Shown here one piece after another: positions 1 to 9,892 of a DNA stretch of 64,000 nt. Position 1 is the first letter of the stretch. The number at the start of each line of letters is the position of its first letter. The DNA is from Pedosphaera sp. (GTDB taxonomy: Bacteria; Verrucomicrobiota; Verrucomicrobiia; Limisphaerales; SIBH01), in NCBI GenBank assembly GCA_031414955.1, contig JANOQV010000065.1, forward strand, positions 9,958-73,957. The letters run 5' to 3'. The notes below the pieces were generated by a model that saw only the letters and a program-made list of their open reading frames with translations, was not told the origin of the DNA and made no database searches. The position numbers and the translations under genes are program-made.

Positions 1-543
1 AAAGTGCTCTGGTCCTGCGGCGGCTTCAATCCGCAAGGGACAGGTTTATGGCCGGCCATCGCCACACCGGCCGTGGCGGGCAACATCGCCGTGGTGATGG
101 TCGGTCGTGACGATCGCGCGGGGCAGGCGCGCGTGCATGGAATTCGCCTCGGCGGCTCGGGCGATGTCACCGCAACGCATCGCGCGTGGCAGCGCGATGA
201 CCTCGGTGTGTTTGTGACGTCACCGACGGTTTACAAAGGGCGCGTCTATTTGCTGCGCCACAAGGGACAGGTGGTGTGCCTCGACCCGGCGAGCGGCAAA
301 ACGATTTGGACGGGCGCTTTCCCCGAGCACCGCGCGCCCTACTATTCGTCGCCCGTGATTGCGAATGGAGTTCTCTACGCGGCCCGCGAAGACGGCACCG
401 TGTTCACGGCGAAGGTGGAGGAGAAGTTTGAACTGCTCGGCGAAAATCCGATGGGCGAACGCATCGTCGCCTCGCCCGTGCCCGCCGCCGGCCACGTTGT
501 GATCCGCGGTGACAAGCATTTGTTTGGCGTGGGAAAGCAATGA
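1..543 (+). CDS. PQQ-binding-like (BamB-type) beta-propeller repeat protein, 5' end outside window
   Basis: Frame open from base 1; repeats SPTVYKGRVY, CLDPASGKTIW, YSSPVIANGVLY, ASPVPAAGHVVIR typical of PQQ-like propellers. Confidence 0.8.
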   Translation, partial: KVLWSCGGFNPQGTGLWPAIATPAVAGNIAVVMVGRDDRAGQARVHGIRLGGSGDVTATHRAWQRDDLGVFVTSPTVYKGRVYLLRHKGQVVCLDPASGKTIWTGAFPEHRAPYYSSPVIANGVLYAAREDGTVFTAKVEEKFELLGENPMGERIVASPVPAAGHVVIRGDKHLFGVGKQ

Positions 544-592
544 TGACGCGGCCCAAATGGGCGATGTAACGCGCTACTACTGCACTCTCCGG

Positions 593-621
593 TTGCGCCA
601 CGCACATCAGAAACGTAGAAT
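593..621 (+). promoter_or_regulatory. Putative sigma70 promoter TTGCGC-N17-TAGAAT, probably leaderless
   Basis: -10 box ends 6 nt before the GTG at 628; no Shine-Dalgarno. Confidence 0.55.
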
Positions 622-627
622 TCGGTT

Positions 628-3063
628 GTGAAAACCCGCCGGGTGAAACTTTTACTGGGCAGCCTGAACCTCGCCGCGTTGCTCTGCCAGGCGCTGTGTT
701 CCCCGGCGGCGCCGATCGCGGGTGACGAGCGCTGGGACTTCCGATTCGGCTGCGTGGGATTGGACAATTCACCCACGGCATTCGCGTGGCATGATGGACA
801 GCTTCACCTCGGTGGCTGGTTTTACACCGCGGGTCATGCGGTCGTGAATGGCGTGGCGCGATGGGATGGCACTAATTTCTGGCCGCTCGGCGGCGGACTG
901 TGGATGCCGTCCGACTTTAATTTCAACCAACTTTCGGGGGTGATGGCGCTCGCGAGCTTTCGCGGACAGTTGATCGCCGGCGGCGAGTTTTTTCTCACTG
1001 ACACCAACACCACCCAGGCGCTGGCGGTGTGGAATGGCACGAACTGGAGCAGCCTGGGCGGCGTCACGGGGCGCGTCACGGTGCTCAAGGTGGAGAGTGA
1101 TGCGCTGTATGTCGGTGGGGTGTTTGGGTTTCCGGGCGACACGAATCGCTACGCGGTGGCGCGCTGGGACGGCGCGCAATGGGAGACGTTCGGCAGCGTG
1201 GTGGAAGCGTGCTTTCACTGTGGTGAGGCAAGCGTTCACTCGCTCGCCGTGCGCGGCCAGGAAATCATTGTGCTCGGCTCGTTTCATTACATGGCGGGCC
1301 TGCCCACTGGCGGTTACGTGCGCTACGACGGTACACAGTGGGATCAGTTTCCATCGAACGTGGGCGGCGGGTTACGTGACGTAACGTTTCACGGCGACCA
1401 AGTGTTTGTCGCGGGCCAGTTCTTCAGCATCGGCGCGGACAACGTGACGAACGTCGCGCGCTGGAGCGGAACGAACTGGCTGCCGGTCGGCGAGCATCTC
1501 GGGATCGCCACTTGGCCGCTGGAGGGAATCGACGATGAATCCGTGGACCGGCTGCACTCGGACGGGGATGCGTTGTACGCCATCGGAGAATTCACGCGCT
1601 CGGGTTCGACGGCGATGGATGGCGTGGCGCGCTGGAACAGCACCGCCTGGGAATCGATGGGGACGAACATTTTATCAGATAATGATTGGCGTTCGGTCAT
1701 CGGCACCAGTCCTGACGGTCGCGTGTTCCTCGGTGGTTATTTCGAGTCGTTGCGGGGCCGTCCGGCGGGTCACATCGCTGAATGGAACGGCATTCAATGG
1801 CAGCCGCTTGGCCCGGACACGGCGCGCGGAGTGGGTGAGAGCATCGGCTTCGTTTTTTCGCTGGCTGCAAACGGGCCGGACGTTTACGCGGGCGGCATCT
1901 TCCAAAACGCCGGACCTGTCCGCGTGGGAGCACTGGCACGCCTGACGCCAACGGGCACCACGAACGTAGGGACCAGTTTCACCAACTTCAGCGACCGTGT
2001 CCTCGCGCTCACGGTGATGGGTAGCAACCTCTTCGCAGGAGGACGTTTCACCAATGCGGGCGGCGTGCCGGCGAATTGCCTCGCGCGCTGGGACGGTGAA
2101 ACGTGGAGCGGCTTCGGCAACGCCATTCAAAGTAATGTGCTCGCGCTTGCCACTGACGGCTCGCGTCTTTTCGTCGGCGGCTTGTTCACCGAAGCGCAAG
2201 GTTCAGTTGGCAATCGCATTGCGATGTGGGATGGCACGAATTGGTCATCGCTCGGCAGCGGCATGGACAACGCGGTGGCCGCCCTGGCCTGGGCGAATGG
2301 ATTTCTCTACGCGGGCGGCTCCTTCACCAACGCGGGCGGAACGGCGGCGAACCGCATCGCACGTTGGAACGGCAGCGCGTGGGAAGCGCTCGGTGATAGC
2401 ATCGGCGGCACGAACGCGCGGGTGAACGCGTTGCTCGTGTCCGGCTCGAATGTCTTCGCCGCCGGGCAACGATTTACGATGGCTGGCTCGCGCGCCGTCA
2501 CCAACATCGCCCAATGGAACGGAGTGGAATGGCAACCGCTCGGCAGTGTGGAAAGCAATGGTGTCAACAACACCGTTTTCACGCTCGCGATGGTGAACGG
2601 CGATCTGTTCGTGGGCGGAAATTTCACGATGGCGGGCAGCGTTCCTGTGAAAGGGTTGGCCCGATGGGACGGCACCAATTGGTCGCACTTGGGCTCCGGC
2701 GTTGATTACGCGCAAAGTATTTCAACGTCACTGCCGCGCGTGCTCGCTTTGCTGCCGCACGGCAACGATCTCTACGTCGGTGGCGCATTCACGACGGCCG
2801 GCGGCTATCCGTCCTACGGAATCGCGCGATGGGTAAACCAGCCCACGGTTCGGTTTGATTTCATCAAACATTCGTCAGCGCGGACGGACTTGATGTTGAG
2901 CGGACTGGCGGGCCTGCGCTACACGCTCGAAGCCAGTGCCGATTTGCAGAACTGGTCGGGCATTGTTTCAGAACGGGCCTTCACGCCCACGCGCGAAATC
3001 GCCCTGCCCGCGACCACATTGACGAACGCGGGAACTTTTTTTCGTGTGTTCCTGAGGCCGTGA
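628..3063 (+). CDS. Exported beta-propeller repeat protein (ARWDGxxW / LYVGGxFT repeats) with C-terminal FFR domain
   Basis: N-terminal signal peptide; more than ten ~55-aa repeats; C-terminus YTLEASADLQNW...TFFRV. Confidence 0.8.
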   Translation: MKTRRVKLLLGSLNLAALLCQALCSPAAPIAGDERWDFRFGCVGLDNSPTAFAWHDGQLHLGGWFYTAGHAVVNGVARWDGTNFWPLGGGLWMPSDFNFNQLSGVMALASFRGQLIAGGEFFLTDTNTTQALAVWNGTNWSSLGGVTGRVTVLKVESDALYVGGVFGFPGDTNRYAVARWDGAQWETFGSVVEACFHCGEASVHSLAVRGQEIIVLGSFHYMAGLPTGGYVRYDGTQWDQFPSNVGGGLRDVTFHGDQVFVAGQFFSIGADNVTNVARWSGTNWLPVGEHLGIATWPLEGIDDESVDRLHSDGDALYAIGEFTRSGSTAMDGVARWNSTAWESMGTNILSDNDWRSVIGTSPDGRVFLGGYFESLRGRPAGHIAEWNGIQWQPLGPDTARGVGESIGFVFSLAANGPDVYAGGIFQNAGPVRVGALARLTPTGTTNVGTSFTNFSDRVLALTVMGSNLFAGGRFTNAGGVPANCLARWDGETWSGFGNAIQSNVLALATDGSRLFVGGLFTEAQGSVGNRIAMWDGTNWSSLGSGMDNAVAALAWANGFLYAGGSFTNAGGTAANRIARWNGSAWEALGDSIGGTNARVNALLVSGSNVFAAGQRFTMAGSRAVTNIAQWNGVEWQPLGSVESNGVNNTVFTLAMVNGDLFVGGNFTMAGSVPVKGLARWDGTNWSHLGSGVDYAQSISTSLPRVLALLPHGNDLYVGGAFTTAGGYPSYGIARWVNQPTVRFDFIKHSSARTDLMLSGLAGLRYTLEASADLQNWSGIVSERAFTPTREIALPATTLTNAGTFFRVFLRP

Positions 3064-3075
3064 AGCCGGAGTCAG

Positions 3076-3180
3076 CTACTTAGCTCCCTTCACCCGCATC
3101 TTCAGTCCGTAAACGCTCTTGCTCGCGGTGATGAAGAGGAGGTCGCGGTCTTTGCCGCCGAAGGTGATTCGGCGGCTCAC
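3076..3180 (-). pseudogene. C-terminal remnant of an SMP-30/gluconolactonase family gene
   Basis: Translates ITFGGKDRDLLFITASKSVYGLKMRVKGAK*, the typical last blade of this family; no upstream part of the gene is present. Confidence 0.6.
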
Positions 3181-3198
3181 GCACCTTGATCGCCTCGT

Positions 3199-3226
3199 TT
3201 GACACCAAGTGACCAGCCGATATAGT
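3199..3226 (+). promoter_or_regulatory. Putative sigma70 promoter of asd, TTGACA-N16-TATAGT
   Basis: Near-consensus boxes ending 14 nt before the ATG at 3241. Confidence 0.6.
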
Positions 3227-3240
3227 CGCCGCCCTTTGAC

Positions 3241-4245
3241 ATGAACCGAAATCCGCATGTAGCCGTGGTCGGTGCGACGGGAGCCGTCGGCATCGAGATG
3301 ATTAAAACGCTGGAGAAGCGCAATTTCCCGGTGGGCAAACTGACCTTGCTCGCCTCGGCCCGTTCCGCGGGCAAGAAACTCACGTTCAGGGGCGAGTCGG
3401 TGACGGTGCAGGAACTGACTCGCGACGGCTTCAAGGGCATCGACGTGGCGCTCTTCAGCGCCGGCGGCGGCATCTCCAAGGAATTCGCTCCGCAGGCCGT
3501 TCGGCAAAACTGCGTGGTGGTGGACAACTCGAGCGCCTTCCGCATGGATGACACCGTGCCGTTGGTGGTGCCGGAGATCAACGCGGCGGATGTGAAGCTG
3601 CACCGCGGCATCATCGCCAATCCGAATTGCACCACGGCCATCACGCTCATGGCGCTGTATCCGCTGCACCAGGCGTTCGGCGTCACGCGCATTTTCGCTT
3701 CGAGCTACCAGGCGGTGTCCGGTACGGGGGCCAAGGCCATCGAGGAACTGGAGCGCCAGGTCAACGAGATCACGTCCGGCAGGCCGGTGACCAAGGAAAT
3801 TTACCCGCACCAGATCGCCTTCAACGTATTGCCGCAGGTGGATTCCTTCCTGCCCGACGGTTACACCAAGGAGGAGATGAAGATGCAGAACGAGGGGCGC
3901 AAGATCATGCATCACGCCGGCTTCCGCGCCAGCGTGACCTGCGTGCGCGTGCCGGTATATCGCGCGCATTCGGTGGCAGTGTCGGCGGAGTTCCTGAAGC
4001 CAATCACCGCCGAAGCCGCGCGCGCCGTCCTAGCCAATGCCCCCGGCCTCGACATCATCGACGACCCGGCCAACCAGCGTTACCCGCTGCCGCTGGACGT
4101 GGCCGAGCGCTACAACTGCGCTGTGGGCCGCATTCGCAAAGATTGCGCGATGGACAACGGGCTGTGCTTCTGGGTCTGCGGCGACCAACTGCTCAAGGGC
4201 GCGGCGCTAAACGCGGTGCAGATCGCGGAAGTGCTGATGAACTGA
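3241..4245 (+). CDS. asd: Aspartate-semialdehyde dehydrogenase
   Basis: VVGATGAVG Rossmann motif, DNSSAFRM, NPNCTT catalytic Cys, SYQAVSG, LLKGAALNAVQIAE. Confidence 0.97.
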   Translation: MNRNPHVAVVGATGAVGIEMIKTLEKRNFPVGKLTLLASARSAGKKLTFRGESVTVQELTRDGFKGIDVALFSAGGGISKEFAPQAVRQNCVVVDNSSAFRMDDTVPLVVPEINAADVKLHRGIIANPNCTTAITLMALYPLHQAFGVTRIFASSYQAVSGTGAKAIEELERQVNEITSGRPVTKEIYPHQIAFNVLPQVDSFLPDGYTKEEMKMQNEGRKIMHHAGFRASVTCVRVPVYRAHSVAVSAEFLKPITAEAARAVLANAPGLDIIDDPANQRYPLPLDVAERYNCAVGRIRKDCAMDNGLCFWVCGDQLLKGAALNAVQIAEVLMN

Positions 4246-6294
4246 ACTGCGCTCACGGAAGCACCAGCCTGTAGAACGTTCCGGAGCCGGACGTGTTCGT
4301 GGTGAACGGGCTGGTCGGCGAACCGGGGACGGGCGTCCAGTTGGCCGAGTTGCTGATGTCGGTGGAGTGTTCGAGCGTGCCGGCACTGTTCCAAGTGATG
4401 ACCACATCCGCACCGCTGGTCGTGATTTTCAGCCTTCGGGTGTTGGCATATTCCGTAATGGTGGCCGTCAATTCCAACGCCATTTCGCAGTCAGAACTTG
4501 TGTCGCCGAACTGGAACACGACTATCGCGATGACATTGTCGCCTACTGCCTGATTCGTCGTAGGAAGAGGCACCGGTGCGGAGATGGGCGTTGGGTCAGT
4601 GACAAAGCTTGGGGTGCGAGTGGTGACAGATAGCGCGCCGGCACCAACGTTGAAGCGCCCCGCTTCCTGGCCGTTCAGGTAAACCACCGCGCCGTCCTCG
4701 AACACATGGCGCATCGACAGGACTGTGTTCGCAGGGTCGGCATTGAGGTAGAAGTGGCGGCGGAAAAATTGCGGCGCGCTGTCGTTGAACGGATAAACGG
4801 CGGTGCGGATAGGCACGCCATTAGCCGACGTGTCCCGGCCCAGACCTGCCAGGCCAGTGGGCCAGAGCGCATCATCGTAGTTCACCGCTTCCCAACCCGT
4901 GCCGAAGAGGTTGGTTTCGGTGCTGAAGCTCCAGATGTTGTTCGGTCCGTCGAAGTCGATGAGTTGCAGGATATGGTGGAGAGGAAGAATTGTGAGTTCG
5001 ACTCCAAGCGGAGTCGCGGCGGTGTCGTAAACGTCAGAGAGGCGAAGGGAGTGGTTCACGGCATCGGTGTACGGAGGGTCGAATCCAATCACGATGTTCG
5101 TGGCGTTGGTCAGCACCGCGGTCATGGCCGCGACGCCGGTCAATTCCGGATTCGTGCCGGTCGGAAAGATTTGGAAGCTGGATGGATCAAAGCCCGCCGG
5201 ACTGATCGGCTCGGAAAAACTGACGGTCACGGTGGTCCGGGTGAAGTCACCGATTGCCCGTAACGCCACCGGCGCATTGGTATCGGGGTTCACCGTCAGG
5301 GTGGCTCCGCCACTGGTCTGAATTCCCAGGGAATTGGAAACGATCACGCTGAAGACCGCGCCGTTGTCGCCGGGATAAACCACCGATGGAACGGTGTAAC
5401 TGGCGCTGTGCGCACCGGGAATTGGAACCCCATCGCGCAACCAGTAATAAGCTCGCGGCAGACCCGTGGCCGCCACCGTGAACGCGGCTGAACCGCGCTC
5501 CGGGACCGTGATGCTGTCGGGATCGTCCGTGACGGTGATGTCTCCCGTCGCCGCGCCGGTGAAGACCACATTGTCGATGGCAAACGCACCGTCCTGGCCG
5601 GTAGCGTTGTTATCATCCAGCCAGAGCAAGTACAGGTCGGTGCCGGGCGCCCAAGTACCCACCCCCAAAAGGGCGCTCAAAGTGGCGTTGGAAGCCACGC
5701 CCGAAAGTTCGGGAATCGACGTCCAAGTATTTGTCAAGCCAGTCAGGCTCCAGTAGGCGCGCTGACCTGGAATAGAATCTGTGATCGGCGGGACCAAGAC
5801 GGAGAAATTATAACTGACTTGAAGCAGTTCTAGGCTGCTCGCGGAGGTGTTTCGCAGTCGCGCCATCAAGATAATGACCGGCACTCCACCGGGCTGCGTC
5901 ACAAGGACGCCCAGCGTTGAGTTATGCCGCGCCAGTCTGGAAGTGCCAGTAGCAGTGGTAGTAGGCAGAGTGGTGACGATACTGGTGGCGTTCAGGGTTT
6001 GCGCGAAGGCGTCCAATTGTGCCGGCGTGCCATAATCGTCAAACCTATCGATATCATGAGTGGCCCACTCCGTGGCGGGTGGCGTGTTGGAAAAGTTGAT
6101 TACCGGACTGGGGCCGATATTGACGGCAATCTGCGCCGGCAAACTCGCGGCCCCGAATAAAAGTGCCGCCGCAGCGAAGGCATGTTTCGCGAAGGCCACC
6201 GGCACAGTTGCATAGCTCTTCATGGGTCAGGTGAGGTGTCCTGTTATTCAACCGAACCGAGCCGCTGCGGGCAAGCCGAAGTTCGGTGCAAATT
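3943..6294. repeat. Tandem duplication unit 1 (asd 3' end + exported protein gene + upstream motif)
   Basis: Colinear with 6464-8831; offset 2521 at the left end. Confidence 0.9.
4253..6223 (-). CDS. Exported protein with Ig-like domains, a galactose-binding-like domain and C-terminal FYR domain (paralog 1)
   Basis: Signal peptide; Ig motif YYWLRDGVPIPGA...FSVIVSNSLG; EDGAVVYLNGQE domain; ends TFYRLVLP. Confidence 0.85.
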   Translation of the reverse strand: MKSYATVPVAFAKHAFAAAALLFGAASLPAQIAVNIGPSPVINFSNTPPATEWATHDIDRFDDYGTPAQLDAFAQTLNATSIVTTLPTTTATGTSRLARHNSTLGVLVTQPGGVPVIILMARLRNTSASSLELLQVSYNFSVLVPPITDSIPGQRAYWSLTGLTNTWTSIPELSGVASNATLSALLGVGTWAPGTDLYLLWLDDNNATGQDGAFAIDNVVFTGAATGDITVTDDPDSITVPERGSAAFTVAATGLPRAYYWLRDGVPIPGAHSASYTVPSVVYPGDNGAVFSVIVSNSLGIQTSGGATLTVNPDTNAPVALRAIGDFTRTTVTVSFSEPISPAGFDPSSFQIFPTGTNPELTGVAAMTAVLTNATNIVIGFDPPYTDAVNHSLRLSDVYDTAATPLGVELTILPLHHILQLIDFDGPNNIWSFSTETNLFGTGWEAVNYDDALWPTGLAGLGRDTSANGVPIRTAVYPFNDSAPQFFRRHFYLNADPANTVLSMRHVFEDGAVVYLNGQEAGRFNVGAGALSVTTRTPSFVTDPTPISAPVPLPTTNQAVGDNVIAIVVFQFGDTSSDCEMALELTATITEYANTRRLKITTSGADVVITWNSAGTLEHSTDISNSANWTPVPGSPTSPFTTNTSGSGTFYRLVLP

Positions 6295-6325
6295 GCGGAA
6301 GGGGCGCAACCGGGCACACGCACCA

Positions 6326-6457
6326 GACTCCCTCTCCTCCATGAAATGGAAGAGGGTCGGGGAGAGGAGGCGGGTTTAGCCACCCCTCGGTCAGCCGTGT
6401 TCAATGGCCCCTCTCCCCAGCCCTTCTCCCCGCGCTGCGCTGCGGGGAGAGGGAGTC
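6326..6457. repeat. REP-like palindromic doublet (CCCTCTCCCC...GGGGAGAGGG family)
   Basis: Perfect 12-bp outer inverted repeat GACTCCCTCTCC/GGAGAGGGAGTC with two inner hairpins; related to 29082-29213. Confidence 0.8.
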
Positions 6458-6460
6458 AGC

Positions 6461-6766
6461 ATGGTGCGCGTGCCGGTGTATCGCGCGCATTCGGTGGCAG
6501 TGTCGGCGGAGTTCCTGAAGCCGATCACTGCGGAAGCCGCGCGCGCCGTGCTGGCCCAGGCTCCCGGCCTCGACATCATCGACGACCCGGCCAACCCGCG
6601 TTACCCGCTGCCGCTGGACGTGGCCGAGCGCTACAACTGCGCCGTGGGCCGCATTCGCAAAGATTGCGCGATGGACAACGGGCTGTGCTTCTGGGTCTGC
6701 GGGGATCAACTGCTCAAGGGCGCGGCGCTGAACGCGGTGCAGATCGCGGAAGTGCTGATGAACTGA
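6461..6766 (+). pseudogene. asd: Duplicated 3' third of asd
   Basis: 100 codons matching asd from VRVPVYRAHS to the stop, 2 amino-acid differences; lacks the NADP-binding region and catalytic Cys. Confidence 0.9.
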
Positions 6767-8831
6767 ATTGCACTCACGGGACCGCGACGCGATAGAACGT
6801 CCCCGAGCCGGACGTGTTCGTGGTGAACGGGCTGGTCGGTGAGCCGGGGACGGGTATCCAGTTGGCTGGGCTGCTGAGGTTGGTGGAATGTTGCAGCGTG
6901 CCAGCCACGTTCCAGGTGATGACCACATGCCCGCCGCTGGCCGTGATGTTCAGCTTATGCGCGCTGGCATACTCCGTGATGGTGGCCGTCAATTCCAAAG
7001 CCATTTCGCAGTCGGAACTGGTGCCACCGGATTGGAACACGACCAAGGCAATCACATTGCCGCCCGCCACGAGGTTGGTCGTGGGAAGTGGAAGCGATGC
7101 GGAGATGGGCGTTGGGTCAACGGCCGAAACCAAGGTGCGCGTGGCTGCCGAGAGAGCGCCAGCGCCGACGTTGAATCGACCGGCTTCCAGGCTGTTGAGG
7201 TAAACCACGGCGCCGTCCTCGAACACATGGCGCATCGACAGGACTGTATTCGCAGGCTCGGCGTTGAGGTAGAAGTGGCGGCGGAAAAATTGCGGCGCGC
7301 TGTCGTTGAGCGGGTAGACGGCGGTGCGGATGGGAACGCCATTGTTGGATCCATCCCGACCCAAACCAGCCGGTCCAGTCGGCCACGGTAAATCATCGTA
7401 GCCTAGCGTTTCCCAACCCGTGCCGAAGAGGTTGGTTTCGGTGCTGAAGCTCCAGATGTTGTTCGGTCCGTCGAAGTCGATAAGGGAAATTCTCTGGTGG
7501 ACCGGAAGGACGGAGGGATTCGGGTCCATGAGATTTCCGCCCGGCGAGCCGCCCGCCGTGTCGTGGATGCCGAAGAGGTGGATCGAGTGGTTGACGTCGG
7601 CGGCGTAGGCTTCGGCCATCCTGATCACGATGTTCGTGGCGTTGGTCAGCACCGCATCGGTGGTCAGGCTCTCGGAAAGGCTTGGATCTGTTCCAGACGG
7701 GAAGATCTGGAACTGAGCCGGATCGACGCTGGCCGGGTTGATCTGCTCGGAGAAGCTGACGGTCACGCTCGTCCGGGTGAAGTCACCGACCACGCGCAAC
7801 GCCACCGGCGCATTCGTGTCCGGCCACACGGTCAGCATGGCCCCGGCACTCGTCTGAATTCCCGAAGAATTGGAAACGATCACACTGTATATCGCGCCAT
7901 TGTCCCCTGGATAAACGACTGATGGGTTGGTGTAGCTGGCGTTGTGCGCTCCGGGAATGGGCGAGCCATCGCGCAGCCAGTGATAAGCTTGCGGCAGACC
8001 GGTGGCCGCCACAGTGAATGTGGCTGCGCTGCGCTCAGGCACCATGATGCTGTCGGGATCGTCCGTGATGGTGATGTCTCCCGATGTCGCGCCGGTGAAG
8101 ACCACGTTGTCGATGGCGAAGGCGCCCTCTGCTCCGGTGCCGTTGTTGTCGTCCAGCCAGAGGATGTACAAGTTAGCCGCGGCAGCCCACGCGCCCAAAT
8201 CCAACGAGGAGCTGACGGCGGCACTCGCTGTTAATCCCGAGAACTCCGGAATCAAAGTCCAAGAGTTCGGTGCACCAGTCTGGCTCCAATAGGCCCGTTG
8301 TCCCGGCACGTTGTCCGTCACCGGTGGGACCACGACGGAAAAATCATAACTTACGTAGAGCAGACCGATCTCAACCCCGGATGTGTTTTGCAGCTTCGCC
8401 AGCAGAATGGCGAAAGGAACCCCGGCAGGCTGAGTAAAGAGGTAGCCGCCATTCGTGCTGTGCCGCGCGTACCGGGAGGTTCCAGACGTGGAGGCTGTGA
8501 TTGGCAAAGCCGTAGCGATGCTGGCCGCGTCCAGGGTCTGCGCCCCGGCGTCCAGCTCCGCCGGAGAATTGTAGGAAGAACCTACCAAAGTGTCACGCGT
8601 GGCCCATTCCGTGGCGGGCGGCGTGTTGGAAAAGTTGATTACCGGGCTGGGGCCAAGATTCACCGCAATCTGCGCCGACAAACTCGCCGCTGTTAGTAAA
8701 AGCGCCGCCGCAGCGAGGACATGTTTCGCGAATACGGCCGCCGTAGTTGCAAAAGTCTTCATGGGTCAGGCGAGGTGTCCACAGTGAACCCAACCAAGCC
8801 ACTGCGAGCAAGCCGAAGTTCGGTGCAAATT
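6464..8831. repeat. Tandem duplication unit 2
   Basis: Colinear with 3943-6294. Confidence 0.9.
6774..8762 (-). CDS. Exported Ig-like/galactose-binding-like domain protein with C-terminal FYR domain (paralog 2)
   Basis: Alignable end to end with 4253-6223; signal peptide; ends TFYRVAVP. Confidence 0.85.
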   Translation of the reverse strand: MKTFATTAAVFAKHVLAAAALLLTAASLSAQIAVNLGPSPVINFSNTPPATEWATRDTLVGSSYNSPAELDAGAQTLDAASIATALPITASTSGTSRYARHSTNGGYLFTQPAGVPFAILLAKLQNTSGVEIGLLYVSYDFSVVVPPVTDNVPGQRAYWSQTGAPNSWTLIPEFSGLTASAAVSSSLDLGAWAAAANLYILWLDDNNGTGAEGAFAIDNVVFTGATSGDITITDDPDSIMVPERSAATFTVAATGLPQAYHWLRDGSPIPGAHNASYTNPSVVYPGDNGAIYSVIVSNSSGIQTSAGAMLTVWPDTNAPVALRVVGDFTRTSVTVSFSEQINPASVDPAQFQIFPSGTDPSLSESLTTDAVLTNATNIVIRMAEAYAADVNHSIHLFGIHDTAGGSPGGNLMDPNPSVLPVHQRISLIDFDGPNNIWSFSTETNLFGTGWETLGYDDLPWPTGPAGLGRDGSNNGVPIRTAVYPLNDSAPQFFRRHFYLNAEPANTVLSMRHVFEDGAVVYLNSLEAGRFNVGAGALSAATRTLVSAVDPTPISASLPLPTTNLVAGGNVIALVVFQSGGTSSDCEMALELTATITEYASAHKLNITASGGHVVITWNVAGTLQHSTNLSSPANWIPVPGSPTSPFTTNTSGSGTFYRVAVP

Positions 8832-8908
8832 CCGAAAGTGCTGCTGCACTGAGGCGTCAGCTTCGAGCCGAGGTCTGAGGTGTGGCCTCGCACGAACCCG
8901 TCTTCGGC

Positions 8909-9790
8909 CTACTTCACCAGTTCAGTCCCGACGCCAGCATCCGTAAAAATCTCCAGCAGCACCGAGTGCGGCACGCGGCCATCGACGAGCGAGACCTTGT
9001 CCACACCGGAGCGGATTGCCGCCACCGCGCTGTCCATCTTGGGAATCATCCCCTTGTCGATCACACCGATGCGTTTCAGTTCCTCGATCTGGCTGGTGGT
9101 GACTTGCGTTAACAGCGTGCTCGCGTCCTTCGGATCGCGCATTAAGCCCGGCACGTCGCTCATGAAGACGAGGCGCTTGGCCACGAGCGCGATGGCCGCC
9201 TGCGCCGCCGCCACGTCCGCGTTGCAGTTGTAGATTTGTCCGCTGGCGTCGCGCGCCGTGGGGCTGATGACCGGCACAATGCCCTGCTCGATGCACTCCA
9301 ACAGCGGCTTTGTGTTCACCGCTATGACTTCGCCGACGAAACCAACATCGATTTTCGCGCCGGGCTTCTCCTTGTCGTCCAGCAGCAGCTTGCGGCAGGT
9401 GAAAATGTCCGTGCCGGCAAAGCCCTGCGCCTTGCCGCCGAGCGAATTGATCGCGGCCACGATCTCGGGATTGATCTCTCGCGACAGCACTTGATCCACG
9501 ACCTCCACCGTCGCCTCGTCCGTCACGCGTTGACCCTGGATGAAGTTTGCCTGCAATCCCGCCTTCTCCATCGCGCGCGTGATGGCCTTGCCGCCTCCAT
9601 GCACGACCACGGGATTGATCTCCACCGCTTCGAGAAACACGATGTCGCGCGCCACGCCCATGCGCACCGCCGGGTCCGGCGAATCCATGAACGAGCCGCC
9701 GTACTTCACGACGAACGTCTCGCCGCTAAAACGCTGAATGTACGGCAGCGCTTCGAGCAGGGTAGCGGCTTTGGCGATGAGGTCTTGCAC
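8909..9790 (-). CDS. argB: Acetylglutamate kinase
   Basis: LLEALPYIQRF, VVKYGGS, VVVHGGG, YNCNADVAA, KGMIPK; GTG start at 9790 chosen. Confidence 0.96.
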   Translation of the reverse strand: MQDLIAKAATLLEALPYIQRFSGETFVVKYGGSFMDSPDPAVRMGVARDIVFLEAVEINPVVVHGGGKAITRAMEKAGLQANFIQGQRVTDEATVEVVDQVLSREINPEIVAAINSLGGKAQGFAGTDIFTCRKLLLDDKEKPGAKIDVGFVGEVIAVNTKPLLECIEQGIVPVISPTARDASGQIYNCNADVAAAQAAIALVAKRLVFMSDVPGLMRDPKDASTLLTQVTTSQIEELKRIGVIDKGMIPKMDSAVAAIRSGVDKVSLVDGRVPHSVLLEIFTDAGVGTELVK

Positions 9791-9892
9791 GCGGGCGATG
9801 AAAGCGGGCGGTGCCGTTGGACGCAATCCCCATTGTCTCAAGACACCGAAGGCAATCTTGTCAAAGCCCGCGCCGGCTGGGACAGTTCCGGC

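Noticed and set aside
6271..6294. Sigma54 promoter reading of TTTGCAC...TTGC on the minus strand
   Set aside because: Lacks the invariant GG and the GG-N10-GC spacing
3943..8831. Prophage or integrative element using asd as attB
   Set aside because: No integrase, phage or conjugation genes in the window
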